Source: a virus (taxonomy: Duplodnaviria > Caudoviricetes). From it: a stretch of DNA of 64,000 bases. Positions within the stretch are counted from its first letter, which is position 1; each line of letters opens with the position of its first letter. The stretch lies in the IMG/VR virus record IMGVR_UViG_2643221939_000004, positions 1 to 64,000 of that record; one strand, 5' to 3'. The notes under the pieces were generated by a model. It did no database searches. It was not told the DNA's origin and saw nothing but the letters and a program-made list of their open reading frames with translations. Below are positions 18,940-28,348 of the stretch, in pieces. Both the position numbers and the translations under genes were made by a program.

Positions 18940-19110
18940 ATGGAAGATCGCGCCTACTTCACGACAGAGGGCGAGCGGCTGGAGGTCGTTGCGTTCGCTG
19001 ACGAGGACATGATGGAATGCCCGGAAGAGGGCGCCTTCTACGCCATCGCCAACATGCCAGACGGAGCGCTTGAAGCCGTCGAAATCATTGAGCGGCCTCG
19101 CGCCCACTAA
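18940..19110 (+). CDS. Small acidic hypothetical protein
   Basis: MEDRAYF ORF downstream of tmRNA, followed by a terminator. Confidence 0.4.
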   Translation: MEDRAYFTTEGERLEVVAFADEDMMECPEEGAFYAIANMPDGALEAVEIIERPRAH

Positions 19111-19132
19111 CCGCCGCCCCATTCCATTACTC

Positions 19133-19162
19133 GCCCGCCGGAGAAATCCGAGCGGGCTTTTC
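19133..19162 (+). terminator. Rho-independent terminator
   Basis: GCCCGC..GCGGGC hairpin followed by TTTT. Confidence 0.6.
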
Positions 19163-19163
19163 T

Positions 19164-19415
19164 ATGCCCGGCGCGGAGGGATACCCCATGGCATCCAAGC
19201 GGCGGCTCCGGCGGAAGTCCTGCACCTCCAAGGTCCGGCACGAGACAGAAGGCAGCGCCTGGGGCGTGGTTCGCAACCTGATCCGCAAAGGCAAGGGTGA
19301 CGGCCTGCGCGCCTATCGGTGCGGGAACTGCAGCGGCTGGCATGTCGGCCACCCAATCGGCAGCGGCAACAGCGGGCTTCTGATCGCCTGCCGCTCTGCT
19401 CGCCCTCATCACTGA
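19164..19415 (+). CDS. Small basic Zn-binding phage protein
   Basis: CTSKVRH...AYRCGNCSGWHVGH. Confidence 0.6.
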   Translation: MPGAEGYPMASKRRLRRKSCTSKVRHETEGSAWGVVRNLIRKGKGDGLRAYRCGNCSGWHVGHPIGSGNSGLLIACRSARPHH

Positions 19416-19425
19416 TCGGAAAACC

Positions 19426-19653
19426 ATGCGCCTCTCTGGCAACCTGCTGCCCTTCATCGGCCGCGTCATCAGCCCCTGCGATGCAAACGGCATCCCGGCC
19501 ATGACGGACGAAGAGGCGGGTGAAGCTCACTTCGAGACGACCGCGCTATGCCTGGCATGGTTCGGCCGGGTGATCATGATCGGCATTGGCGCCGTAGGGC
19601 CCCGGGCGGTCGATCCTGACAACCCGAGGGCCTATCTCGCCGGAAACCTCTGA
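19426..19653 (+). CDS. Phage hypothetical protein
   Basis: ORF in late operon orientation. Confidence 0.4.
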   Translation: MRLSGNLLPFIGRVISPCDANGIPAMTDEEAGEAHFETTALCLAWFGRVIMIGIGAVGPRAVDPDNPRAYLAGNL

Positions 19654-19794
19654 TGCCGCCCTGCCGATCCTGTGAAGAGCGCCGGCGCATGCTCTCCGAC
19701 GCCAAGGCCAAGGACGGCATCAAGGGTATGGTGCGAGCCATCCCAGCTGTCGGGCGGCATCTGATGGCGAACCCGCCGAAGCTGAAGGACGACG

Positions 19795-20280
19795 ATGCCA
19801 GCGCTCAGCAACGCGAAGCATGAGGCATTCGCTCGTGCGCTCGCAAAGGGCTCCAGCGCGGTCGACGCATATGCCAAGGCGGGATATGCCCCAAACAGGT
19901 CCCACGCCTCCCGGCTGGTCGCAAATGGTAACGTGCGGAAGCGGGTGTCCGAACTGCAGCGCGACGCCGCCGGACGAGCCAAGGTGACAATCCAGAGCAT
20001 CGCCGACCAACTCGACGAGGACCGCGCCTTCGCTCGTCTCCAGGGGCAGGCCAAGGCAGCGATCGACGCGACCATGAACAAGGCAAAGCTCCTCGGCCTC
20101 TACAGCGAGCGTCGTGAGGTGTCCGGCCCTGGCGGGGGCCCCATCCAGACCGTGGACCTGACGAACCTCTCCGATGACCAGCTTACCGCCCTCGAAGATA
20201 TCTTCGGCCCGCTTGCCGCCGGCGCCGATGATGATGAGGATGCTGCGAGCGGAGAGGGCGAGGCGGACCCAACAGGCTGA
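19795..20280 (+). CDS. Terminase small subunit
   Basis: KHEAFARALAKG..AY..AGY; EVSGPGGGPIQ; directly upstream of terL. Confidence 0.85.
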   Translation: MPALSNAKHEAFARALAKGSSAVDAYAKAGYAPNRSHASRLVANGNVRKRVSELQRDAAGRAKVTIQSIADQLDEDRAFARLQGQAKAAIDATMNKAKLLGLYSERREVSGPGGGPIQTVDLTNLSDDQLTALEDIFGPLAAGADDDEDAASGEGEADPTG

Positions 20281-21700
20281 GCGCGACCGCGTCGCAAAGG
20301 ACGCCGAACGTATCCGGGCCAAGTGCCAGACGCTCTCCGGGTTCGTCCGCGAGGCCTGGCATGTGCTGGAGCCCACAGCGAAATACACCCACGGCTGGCA
20401 CATCGACGCCATCTGCGCGCATCTGGAAGCGGTGACCGACGGCCGGATCAACCGGCTTCTGATCAACGTGCCGCCGGGCTCATCGAAATCCCTGCTCGTC
20501 TCTGTGATGTGGCAGGCGTGGGAATGGGGCCCGCGCGGGCTTTCCTCGCTCCGCTACCTTACCACCTCCTTCAACGATGGCCCGGTGAAGCGCGACACGC
20601 GCAAGTGCCGCGACCTGATGCTGTCGGACTGGTATCGGTCGCTTTGGCCCGAGGTCGAGCTGAACCGCACCGGCGAGACGTCGTTCTCGAACACGAAGAC
20701 CGGCACGCGAGAAGGCGTCCCGTTCGGTTCCCTGACGTCGCAGCGTGGCGACCGGCTGGTGATCGACGATCCGCACTCGACCGAGACCGCGGAATCGGCA
20801 GCCGATCGCCTCGCCACGACCCGCAAGTTCCGAGAGGGCGCGCAGAACCGCCTCAACGATCAAGAGCGCTCGGCCATCGTGGTCATCATGCAGCGCCTTC
20901 ACGAAGAGGACGTGTCGGGCGTCATCGCCAAAGTCGGGATGGAATACGTCCACCTGATGCTGCCGATGGAGTTCGAGCCGGAGCGGGTCTGCACCACAGA
21001 GATCGGGTTCACGGACCCGCGCAAGCACGAGGGCGATCTCCTTGACCCCGTCAGGTTCGGGCCTGAGGCGGTCGCCAAGCTCAAGCGCGACATGGGCAGT
21101 TATGCCTATGCCGGCCAGTACCAACAGCGCCCGGCACCCCGCGCAGGCGGCATGTTCCAGCGCGGCGATTTCGAGATCGTTGATGCAGTCCCGGCCGGCG
21201 CAGTGCGCTGCAGGGCTTGGGATTTCGCCGCCAGCACGCCAAAGCCGGGCAAGCAGCCCGATTGGACCGTGGGGCTGCGCATGGCCTACGTCGATGGGCT
21301 CTTCTTCGTGGAGGATGTCCGGCGGGATCGCTGGTCGCCGGCCGACGTCGAACGCAACCTGAAGAACATCGCCACCCAAGACGGGCAGATGGTCCGCATA
21401 CGGATGCCGCAGGATCCTGGCGCCGCCGGCAAGTCAGACGCTCATACGAAGGTCAAGATCCTCGCCGGCTACGACGTGAAGGTTGTCCCGCCGACAGGTG
21501 AGAAGGCTCTCCGCGCCAAGCCGGCATCAGCACAGACCGAGGCAGGGAACGTCAGGCTGCTTCGAGGGCCTTGGAACGACGCCTTCCTCGATGAGGTCTG
21601 CTCGTTTCCGAATTCGCAGTTCGACGATCAGGTGGACGCCTTCGCCGACGCTCTAAACGAGCTCGCGCTCGGGTCCAGCTACACCCTCGCCAACCTCTAG
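20174..21700 (+). CDS. Terminase large subunit (true start possibly about 20228)
   Basis: INVPPGSSKS, VIDDPH, QYQQRP, FPNSQFDDQVDA. Confidence 0.93.
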   Translation: MTSLPPSKISSARLPPAPMMMRMLRAERARRTQQAERDRVAKDAERIRAKCQTLSGFVREAWHVLEPTAKYTHGWHIDAICAHLEAVTDGRINRLLINVPPGSSKSLLVSVMWQAWEWGPRGLSSLRYLTTSFNDGPVKRDTRKCRDLMLSDWYRSLWPEVELNRTGETSFSNTKTGTREGVPFGSLTSQRGDRLVIDDPHSTETAESAADRLATTRKFREGAQNRLNDQERSAIVVIMQRLHEEDVSGVIAKVGMEYVHLMLPMEFEPERVCTTEIGFTDPRKHEGDLLDPVRFGPEAVAKLKRDMGSYAYAGQYQQRPAPRAGGMFQRGDFEIVDAVPAGAVRCRAWDFAASTPKPGKQPDWTVGLRMAYVDGLFFVEDVRRDRWSPADVERNLKNIATQDGQMVRIRMPQDPGAAGKSDAHTKVKILAGYDVKVVPPTGEKALRAKPASAQTEAGNVRLLRGPWNDAFLDEVCSFPNSQFDDQVDAFADALNELALGSSYTLANL

Positions 21701-21708
21701 GACCGTCG

Positions 21709-23526
21709 ATGCGCATCCCGTTCCTGGACAGCCTGACCAATCTCATCACAGGGATGGGCGGGTCGAAGGAAAAGGGCGCGTCCACAGTCTATGCCTTCGT
21801 GCCGATGCAGGCTGGCGAGCTGGATGCGGCCTATCGCGGGTCTTGGCTGCCCAGGAAAGTCGTCGACATCCCGGCGATGGACATGTGCCGCGCATGGCGC
21901 GCATGGCAGGCCGACGACGACCAGATCGAGAAGCTGGAGGCTGAGGAGAAGCGCCTCGACGTGCAGCGGAAGGTGCTGGAGGCGAAGACCAAGGCGCGGC
22001 TCTACGGCGGCGCGGCGATCGTGATCAGCGATGGTTCGCAGCTGCCGGGCGAGGAGCTTCGGCCGGAGCGAATGCAGCGCGGCAAGATCGAGTTCCTGAC
22101 GGTGATGACGCCGCAGCATCTCACAGCGGGCGAGATCGATCGCGATCCGCTGTCGCGCACGTTCGGCCAGCCGCGGTTCTACACGATCCAGGGCGCCACA
22201 GGCACTCAGGTCAAGGTCCACGCCTCGCGTGTGGTCCGGTTCCTCGGTAACCCGGTTCCTGACGATGCTCATGTCCTGCACCAAGGCTGGGGCGACAGCA
22301 TCCTCGAGACCGTCAGCCGCGCGCTGAAGGACGCGGAATCGGCAGCCGGCAACATCGCGGAGATGACGCACGAGGCCAAGCTCGACGTGGTCCGCATCCC
22401 GAACTTGATGGCCTTCGCGTCTCAGCCCGAATACGAGGCTCGGTTCCTCCGCCGCATGACCCTGGCCGGCATGGCGAAGGGCATCCACAACATGCTCATC
22501 CTCGACAAGGAGGAGGAGTGGGAGACCAAGCAGCTGTCTTTCGCGACGCTGCCCGAGGTGCTGGACCGCTTCCTGCAGATCGCTTCAGGCGCGGCCGACA
22601 TCCCCGCCACGCGCCTTCTGGGCCAGTCGCCGGCCGGCATGAACGCCACCGGGGAATCGGACCTGATCAACTACTACGATCGGATCAGCGCGGGGCAGAA
22701 CCTTGAACTCGGCCCGGCCCTGTCGATCCTCGACGAATGCCTGATCTGGTCCGCGCTCGGCAGCCGGCCGGCGGAGATCCACTACCGCTGGCTCCCGCTC
22801 TGGCAGCTGAGCGAGAAGGACAAGGCCGACGTCGGGCTGAAGAAGGCGCAGGCCTTCCAGATCGACGTCAACGGCGGGCTCTTCCCCGACAGCGCCATGT
22901 CCAAGGCTCGGCGCAATCAGCTGGTCGAGGACGGCACCTATCCGGGGCTCGAGGCGGCGCTCGACGAGGCTGCGGCGGAAGGCGACGAGATCGACTTCTC
23001 CGCCAAGGCTGCAGAGCCCGAGGTCGACCCGGCCGAGACGGCATCCATCCTGCGCATGCGGGCCGCTGCGAACGATGCGGCGCCCGCCACGCTCTACGTG
23101 CACCGCAAGGTGAAGAACGGCGCGGAGATCATCGCCTGGGCCAAGCGGCAGGGCTTCACCTCCACGCTGGAGGCGTCTGACCTTCACGTCACCATCGCCT
23201 TCTCACGCCAACCCGTCGACTGGATGGCCGTTGGCGAGACATGGGAGAGCGAGATCAAGATCGCTGCTGGCGGACCGCGCCTCATGGAGCAGTTCGGCGA
23301 GGCGACCGTGCTTCTCATCTCCTCGCGCTCGCTGAAGTGGCGACATGAGGAGATCATCGCGGCGGGCGCGTCGTGGGATCATCCCGAGTACCAGCCGCAC
23401 ATCACGATCAGCTACGGCGGGGCACCGGCGGACCTGACGAAGGTGCAGGCCTACCAGGGCGAGATCGTGCTCGGGCCGGAGATCTTCGAGCCGCTTGACG
23501 AGGACTGGAAGGCGAAGGTGACATGA
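21709..23526 (+). CDS. DUF1073-type portal fused to C-terminal 2H phosphoesterase (Acb1-like)
   Basis: ARLYGGA, IPATRLLGQSPAGMNATGESD portal motifs; LHVTIAFS and PHITISY HxT pair. Confidence 0.85.
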   Translation: MRIPFLDSLTNLITGMGGSKEKGASTVYAFVPMQAGELDAAYRGSWLPRKVVDIPAMDMCRAWRAWQADDDQIEKLEAEEKRLDVQRKVLEAKTKARLYGGAAIVISDGSQLPGEELRPERMQRGKIEFLTVMTPQHLTAGEIDRDPLSRTFGQPRFYTIQGATGTQVKVHASRVVRFLGNPVPDDAHVLHQGWGDSILETVSRALKDAESAAGNIAEMTHEAKLDVVRIPNLMAFASQPEYEARFLRRMTLAGMAKGIHNMLILDKEEEWETKQLSFATLPEVLDRFLQIASGAADIPATRLLGQSPAGMNATGESDLINYYDRISAGQNLELGPALSILDECLIWSALGSRPAEIHYRWLPLWQLSEKDKADVGLKKAQAFQIDVNGGLFPDSAMSKARRNQLVEDGTYPGLEAALDEAAAEGDEIDFSAKAAEPEVDPAETASILRMRAAANDAAPATLYVHRKVKNGAEIIAWAKRQGFTSTLEASDLHVTIAFSRQPVDWMAVGETWESEIKIAAGGPRLMEQFGEATVLLISSRSLKWRHEEIIAAGASWDHPEYQPHITISYGGAPADLTKVQAYQGEIVLGPEIFEPLDEDWKAKVT

Positions 23527-23765
23527 CGCTGGTGATCGCTGGAATGCGCGTCCCTTCGAACTTCCATGTCTTTCTGAACGGAGAAGCTGTCGCTGACTGT
23601 GTGGAGGCAGACGATATTGCCGGTTACGTCATAGTGACCCCTCGTGATGAGCGCGGGCGCTTGATTATCGAAGGCGAGTGCTACGCTCAACAGCGTAAGA
23701 CGGGCCGCGTCGAGTTCAGCGTACCGCTCAGCACGCCTGCGCCCCACTTGGTCGAGCATGGCTGA
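23523..23765 (+). CDS. Phage hypothetical protein
   Basis: Operon-coupled ORF. Confidence 0.5.
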   Translation: MTLVIAGMRVPSNFHVFLNGEAVADCVEADDIAGYVIVTPRDERGRLIIEGECYAQQRKTGRVEFSVPLSTPAPHLVEHG

Positions 23766-23991
23766 CGTCGTCGCCTTCACCGGCATCACGAAGCTCGACA
23801 CGGACCCGGATCGGGTTCTCGCAGAAGCGGCGGATAAGCTCGAAGGGGTGGTCATTTGCGGCGTCGGCAAGGACGGAGACCTCTACTTCGCATCGTCATT
23901 CGCCGATGGCGCTGACGTGCTGTGGTGGATGCGCCGTGCCGAGCATGCGCTGATGAAGATCACCGACGCTCTGGAGAGCGGCGAAAGCTGA
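23758..23991 (+). CDS. Phage hypothetical protein
   Basis: Operon-coupled ORF. Confidence 0.6.
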   Translation: MADVVAFTGITKLDTDPDRVLAEAADKLEGVVICGVGKDGDLYFASSFADGADVLWWMRRAEHALMKITDALESGES

Positions 23992-24001
23992 CGGGGCTGG
24001 A

Positions 24002-24832
24002 ATGCAGACCTTCAACCTCGCCCGCCTCGCTGCCGCCAAGACCCGCCGCGCCTCCGTCACGCTCCCGCCGATCGTGGACAGCGGCGGGGCGCAGAAGGAA
24101 TATCTCCGCGCAGAGCGGGCCATGCTGCGGGCTCTGGCGGCGCGGACCATGTCCGACGTTGTCCCGCAGGTGGAAGCCGAGATCGCCCGCCAGAGGTCAG
24201 CCCTGACGCAGGACGCGCTCTTCTCGGGCATGTTCGAGACGCTGAAAGATCTGGCCGTCACGCTCGGCATCATCGCGGAGGGCACGGTCAGCCGCATCCT
24301 TGGGCTTGAGGCCGGCCGCCACACCGAGAAGTGGAAGGCCTCTGTCCGGTCCACGCTGGGCATCGACATCGCTGCGGTCGTCTCGCAGGAGGACTTGGGC
24401 GACAAGCTGCAGGACGCGGTGGGGCGCAACGCCTCGCTGATCAAGAGCCTCGCCAGCGACACCGTCGCGAAGGTGGAGCGGGCCGCCTATGACGCGGTGC
24501 TGCAGGGCCAGACGGCCAAGCAGTTCCGCGAGCGCCTGACGGAGGAGTTCGGGGTCGCCGATCGCCGCGCCAAGGTCATCGCGCGGGATCAGGTCGCCAA
24601 GCTGACAAGCGATCTCAACCGCTTTCGGCATGTGCAGGCCGGCGTCACGTCTTACGCCTGGAGCACGTCGCACGACGAGCGGGTGAGGGCGCGGCACAAG
24701 GCTCTTGAGGGCAAGGAATACGAATACGGGAAGCCGACGGACGCTGAGAACGGCTTGCCACCTGGGCAGCCTATCCAGTGCCGGTGCGTTGCGCGCGGGA
24801 TCGTCTACTTCGACGGTGAGCGCTTCGACTGA
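24002..24832 (+). CDS. Minor head protein (Mu gpF / SPP1 gp7-like)
   Basis: IARDQ, WSTSHDERVRARH, PGQPIQCRC. Confidence 0.88.
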   Translation: MQTFNLARLAAAKTRRASVTLPPIVDSGGAQKEYLRAERAMLRALAARTMSDVVPQVEAEIARQRSALTQDALFSGMFETLKDLAVTLGIIAEGTVSRILGLEAGRHTEKWKASVRSTLGIDIAAVVSQEDLGDKLQDAVGRNASLIKSLASDTVAKVERAAYDAVLQGQTAKQFRERLTEEFGVADRRAKVIARDQVAKLTSDLNRFRHVQAGVTSYAWSTSHDERVRARHKALEGKEYEYGKPTDAENGLPPGQPIQCRCVARGIVYFDGERFD

Positions 24833-25056
24833 GGCAGGGGCAGCGTGTGGCTGGGGCGAGGGCCCTTGCCGAGCAGCGACATGAACGTGTCGAGCTCCTT
24901 CATCCCGCCGATATGCGCGATGTCGTTGATGCGAAGGCCGGCCTGCAGATCGTCCATCTGCACCTGCAGCCGTCGCACATGGTTCGCCAGGTCGGACAGC
25001 CGGCAGTTCTGATCCAAGAGGATCTGCTTCAGCTCTCGGAATTGCTCGTCGTTCAT
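24805..25056 (-). CDS. Small moron, opposite strand
   Basis: Coiled-coil-like ORF filling the gap between head genes. Confidence 0.5.
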   Translation of the reverse strand: MNDEQFRELKQILLDQNCRLSDLANHVRRLQVQMDDLQAGLRINDIAHIGGMKELDTFMSLLGKGPRPSHTLPLPQSKRSPSK

Positions 25057-25092
25057 GGGCGGCGACGATAGCCGCGATCAAGGACATCGCCA

Positions 25093-26235
25093 ATGAAATT
25101 CACCGACGCTGCACCGATCGCGGACACGCGACGGACGGCAGACGGCTATCTCGTCGCGGACGCGCGCATCGTGCGCACCGGCATCCAGGCCTACACCGGC
25201 GCGGAGGTCGGCAAGCCCGATCTCGCCATCGTCCGGGTCTACCGGCCCGAGGCGGAGGTCTTCGACGCCAAGAGCCTCGCCTCCTTCAGCCATGTCCCGA
25301 TCACGAACGACCATCCGACGGTCGCGGTCACGGCCGACAACTGGAAAGACCTGGCAGTCGGGGAGACCAGCGGCGAGGTTCTTCGCGACGGTCACCGCCT
25401 GCGCATTCCCCTGATCGTCAAGGATGCCTCCGCCATCGCGTCGATCGAGGGCGGGAAGCGCGAGCTTTCCGCCGGATACACCTGCGACCTCGCTTTCGAG
25501 AGCGGCAAGACCGCCGACGGCGAGTCCTACGACGCCATCCAGAAGAACATCCGGGCCAACCACGTCGCGATCGTCGCGCGAGGGCGGGCGGGTGCCGAAT
25601 GCCGCATCGGCGATGCTGCCGGCGGACCATGGGGCGCCGCCCCGATCAACGATGCCAATCACTCACAGGAGGGCCGTATGGCCGATGCTCTGCGCAAGGT
25701 GATGGTCGACGGGCTGCAGGTCGAGACGACCGACGCGGGCGCCGCTGCCATCGAGAAGATCACGAAGGACAAGCAGGCGGTCGAGACCCGTCTCTCGGAT
25801 GCCGAGAAGGCGCACGTCACCGCGCTCGCGGCCAAGGATGCCGAACTCGCCAAGAAGGACGCCGCGATCGACGATCTGAAGGGGAAGGTGCTGTCCGACG
25901 CCGATCTCGACAAGCGCGTCCAGGACCGCGCGCTGCTCGTCACGGTCGCCGGCATGATCGCCAAGGACGTGAAGACCGCGGGCCTCTCGGATGCTGCGAT
26001 CAAGAAGGCCGTCGTCGTCGCCAAGCTCGGGGATGCCGCAGTGGCCGGCAAGTCCGACGCCTACTTCGACGCGCGTTTCGACATCCTCGCGGAGGACGCC
26101 GCCAAGGCCGACCCGCTGCGCGATGCACTGCTCGGCCAGCCGCAGCCCGTCACCGACGCTGCCGTTCCCGAAGCTGCCTGGAAGGCGATGGTCGCCGACA
26201 TGCAGGCCGCGTCCCGTCCCTCCAAGGCCGCCTGA
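25093..26235 (+). CDS. DUF2213 head maturation protease/scaffold
   Basis: RTGIQAY, PITNDHP, ELSAGY, NHVAIVARGRAG. Confidence 0.88.
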   Translation: MKFTDAAPIADTRRTADGYLVADARIVRTGIQAYTGAEVGKPDLAIVRVYRPEAEVFDAKSLASFSHVPITNDHPTVAVTADNWKDLAVGETSGEVLRDGHRLRIPLIVKDASAIASIEGGKRELSAGYTCDLAFESGKTADGESYDAIQKNIRANHVAIVARGRAGAECRIGDAAGGPWGAAPINDANHSQEGRMADALRKVMVDGLQVETTDAGAAAIEKITKDKQAVETRLSDAEKAHVTALAAKDAELAKKDAAIDDLKGKVLSDADLDKRVQDRALLVTVAGMIAKDVKTAGLSDAAIKKAVVVAKLGDAAVAGKSDAYFDARFDILAEDAAKADPLRDALLGQPQPVTDAAVPEAAWKAMVADMQAASRPSKAA

Positions 26236-26249
26236 AGGAGACCCTGATC

Positions 26250-26729
26250 ATGGCAACGCTTCAGACCACCTATGGCGGCACGCCTCCGAAGGGCCTCAAG
26301 GGCCAGATCGCGAACGAGGAGAGCTGCAACAAGATCAGCCGCTCCGTCGAGAACGCGGCCGGCATCAAGTTCGGCCAGCCCGTCCAGCGTGGCGCCGGCG
26401 ATCATGGCGTCGTCCCGTTCGCGGCCGGCGGCAAGTTCATGGGCTTCGCGGTCCTGAACCCGGCGGTCCCGCCCGTTTCGCCCGGCGCCACGCTGGTCGA
26501 CGGCTACCCGCAGTTCTTCACCGGCGCCTTCATGACCCGCGGTCAGATGTACCACGTCGCCGGCGGCACCGTCGCGGACGGCGATCCCGTCTACTACGAC
26601 ACGGTCAATGACCGGGTGGTGGCGGCGGCTGGCACGGGCATCGTCGGCCCGTTCCCCGAGACCTTCTTCGACACCTCCGGCGCGGCCGGTGCCGTCGTCG
26701 AGTTCAGCACCAAGAACCGGAGCGCCTGA
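26250..26729 (+). CDS. Capsid cement/decoration protein
   Basis: AAGGAG RBS; between protease and major capsid gene. Confidence 0.75.
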   Translation: MATLQTTYGGTPPKGLKGQIANEESCNKISRSVENAAGIKFGQPVQRGAGDHGVVPFAAGGKFMGFAVLNPAVPPVSPGATLVDGYPQFFTGAFMTRGQMYHVAGGTVADGDPVYYDTVNDRVVAAAGTGIVGPFPETFFDTSGAAGAVVEFSTKNRSA

Positions 26730-26731
26730 TC

Positions 26732-27709
26732 ATGAACATGCAACGCCAGGCCTTCGCAGACGCGCAGGCAGCGTACCCCTTCGTCCTCGCGCAGGGGCGC
26801 AACATCGAGACGCGGATCTATCAGCGCCGCTACCCGACCTTCAACTACGCGGCCCATGTGCCCGTGGTCACGGAAGGCAACGAGTGGGCGATCGGAACCA
26901 CGTTCTTCACGATCGACACCGCGGGCGAGGCCAAGTTCCTCTCCGGCGCCGGCACCGACATGCCGTTCAACCAGGCGACCCGCGATCAGGCGAGCCAGGA
27001 CTTCGCCATGATCGGCTCCGGCTGGGAATGGAACATTGAGGAGGTCAATCAGGCGGCCCTTTACGGGATCAACCTGAACGACACGAAGGCGATCTCCGCG
27101 GCGGACAAGGTCGAGCGCCTGCTCAACTCCGTTGCCATGGTTGGCGCCGCCGAGAAGGGCTGGACCGGCTTCGCGAACAACCCGCTGGTGACGCGCATCG
27201 ATGTTCCTGCCAACGGCACGGGCTCGTCTCGGCTCTGGTCTACCAAGACGGTCGATCTGATTCTGAACGACATCAACAACCTGCTCGCCAGCATCCGCAG
27301 CAACACAGCTGAAACGGAGTGGGCGGACAGCGTGCGTCTGCCGCCGGATGCCTTCCGGCTGCTCTCGACCATCCGCGTCGGCTCCGGTGACTTCCTCATC
27401 AGCGGGCTCGAGTATCTGCAGAAGGGGAACATCTACACGGCCGAGACCGGACAGGCGCTCGACATCAAGCCGCTTCGTGAACTCGGCGCAGCCGGCGCCG
27501 GCGGCACGGGCCGGATGGTCGCTTACCGCAAGGACCCGGAGGTTCTGCGCTTCCATCTCCCGATGCCGCGGCGGGTTCTGCCGACCCGTCAGAAGTCCAT
27601 CATGGGCTTCGAGACCGGCATCATCGCGCGCACCGGTGGCACGGAAGTCCGTCTCCCCGGCGCCATGGCCTACGCGGACGGTATGTCGCCGGCCCCGAGC
27701 GTTCAGTAA
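26732..27709 (+). CDS. Major capsid protein (DUF2184 type)
   Basis: GAGGTGRMVAY, RTGGTEVRLPGA; size and position. Confidence 0.85.
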   Translation: MNMQRQAFADAQAAYPFVLAQGRNIETRIYQRRYPTFNYAAHVPVVTEGNEWAIGTTFFTIDTAGEAKFLSGAGTDMPFNQATRDQASQDFAMIGSGWEWNIEEVNQAALYGINLNDTKAISAADKVERLLNSVAMVGAAEKGWTGFANNPLVTRIDVPANGTGSSRLWSTKTVDLILNDINNLLASIRSNTAETEWADSVRLPPDAFRLLSTIRVGSGDFLISGLEYLQKGNIYTAETGQALDIKPLRELGAAGAGGTGRMVAYRKDPEVLRFHLPMPRRVLPTRQKSIMGFETGIIARTGGTEVRLPGAMAYADGMSPAPSVQ

Positions 27710-27721
27710 GGAGCGGCGGAC

Positions 27722-28249
27722 GTGAAGATCACGAACAACTCCAAGGCCCTGCAGGGCATTCATACGGCAGACGGTGGTGTTGCGTATCTCGCGCCGGGCG
27801 AGACGCGCGAACTCAGCGTCTTCAAGCGCGACAAGAAGGCGATCGACGACGCACCGTTCCTTACCGCCGAAGGAGACTACGCGCCGAATCCTGACGAGCC
27901 GCCGCAGCCTCCTGAGACAAGCAAGGTGGAGCCAGAAGCGATCCTCGCGGCAATCGCCAGCCTGCGAGAGGACGTTTTCAGCAGGGTGGACGCTTTGAAC
28001 GGTGTCGTTGAGAACTTGGGTGCGCGGTTGATCGCATCCCAAGAGACTTCGGAGAACGGCTCGGCTCCGAACACCGGTGCCCCAGCCACGAGCGTCTATG
28101 CGGTCGTCGGCAAGGCTGGCGGCTGGAACGTCGTGACGAAGGATGGCGTGCCCGTCACTAAGTCCCTCCGCGACGAGGCGGTGAAGGACTTCGACGCCAA
28201 GTCCGAAGACGACAAGGCCTCCTTCGTCGAGGCCAACAAGCCCGACTGA
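27722..28249 (+). CDS. Head-associated hypothetical protein
   Basis: TAAGGAG RBS directly after capsid gene. Confidence 0.65.
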   Translation: MKITNNSKALQGIHTADGGVAYLAPGETRELSVFKRDKKAIDDAPFLTAEGDYAPNPDEPPQPPETSKVEPEAILAAIASLREDVFSRVDALNGVVENLGARLIASQETSENGSAPNTGAPATSVYAVVGKAGGWNVVTKDGVPVTKSLRDEAVKDFDAKSEDDKASFVEANKPD

Positions 28250-28348
28250 CGCGATGGCGGGCAGCCGGTACCATCCCCGCTGCCCGCATCCCTCTGACCT
28301 TCCACAACCCGCAACCGGCGGGCGCTTTCGTGCGCATTGGAGAAGTGA

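Noticed and set aside
18493-19012. Short ORFs on both strands (18493-18705, 18702-18914, 18794-19012)
   Set aside because: Overlap the tmRNA gene, which explains the region better
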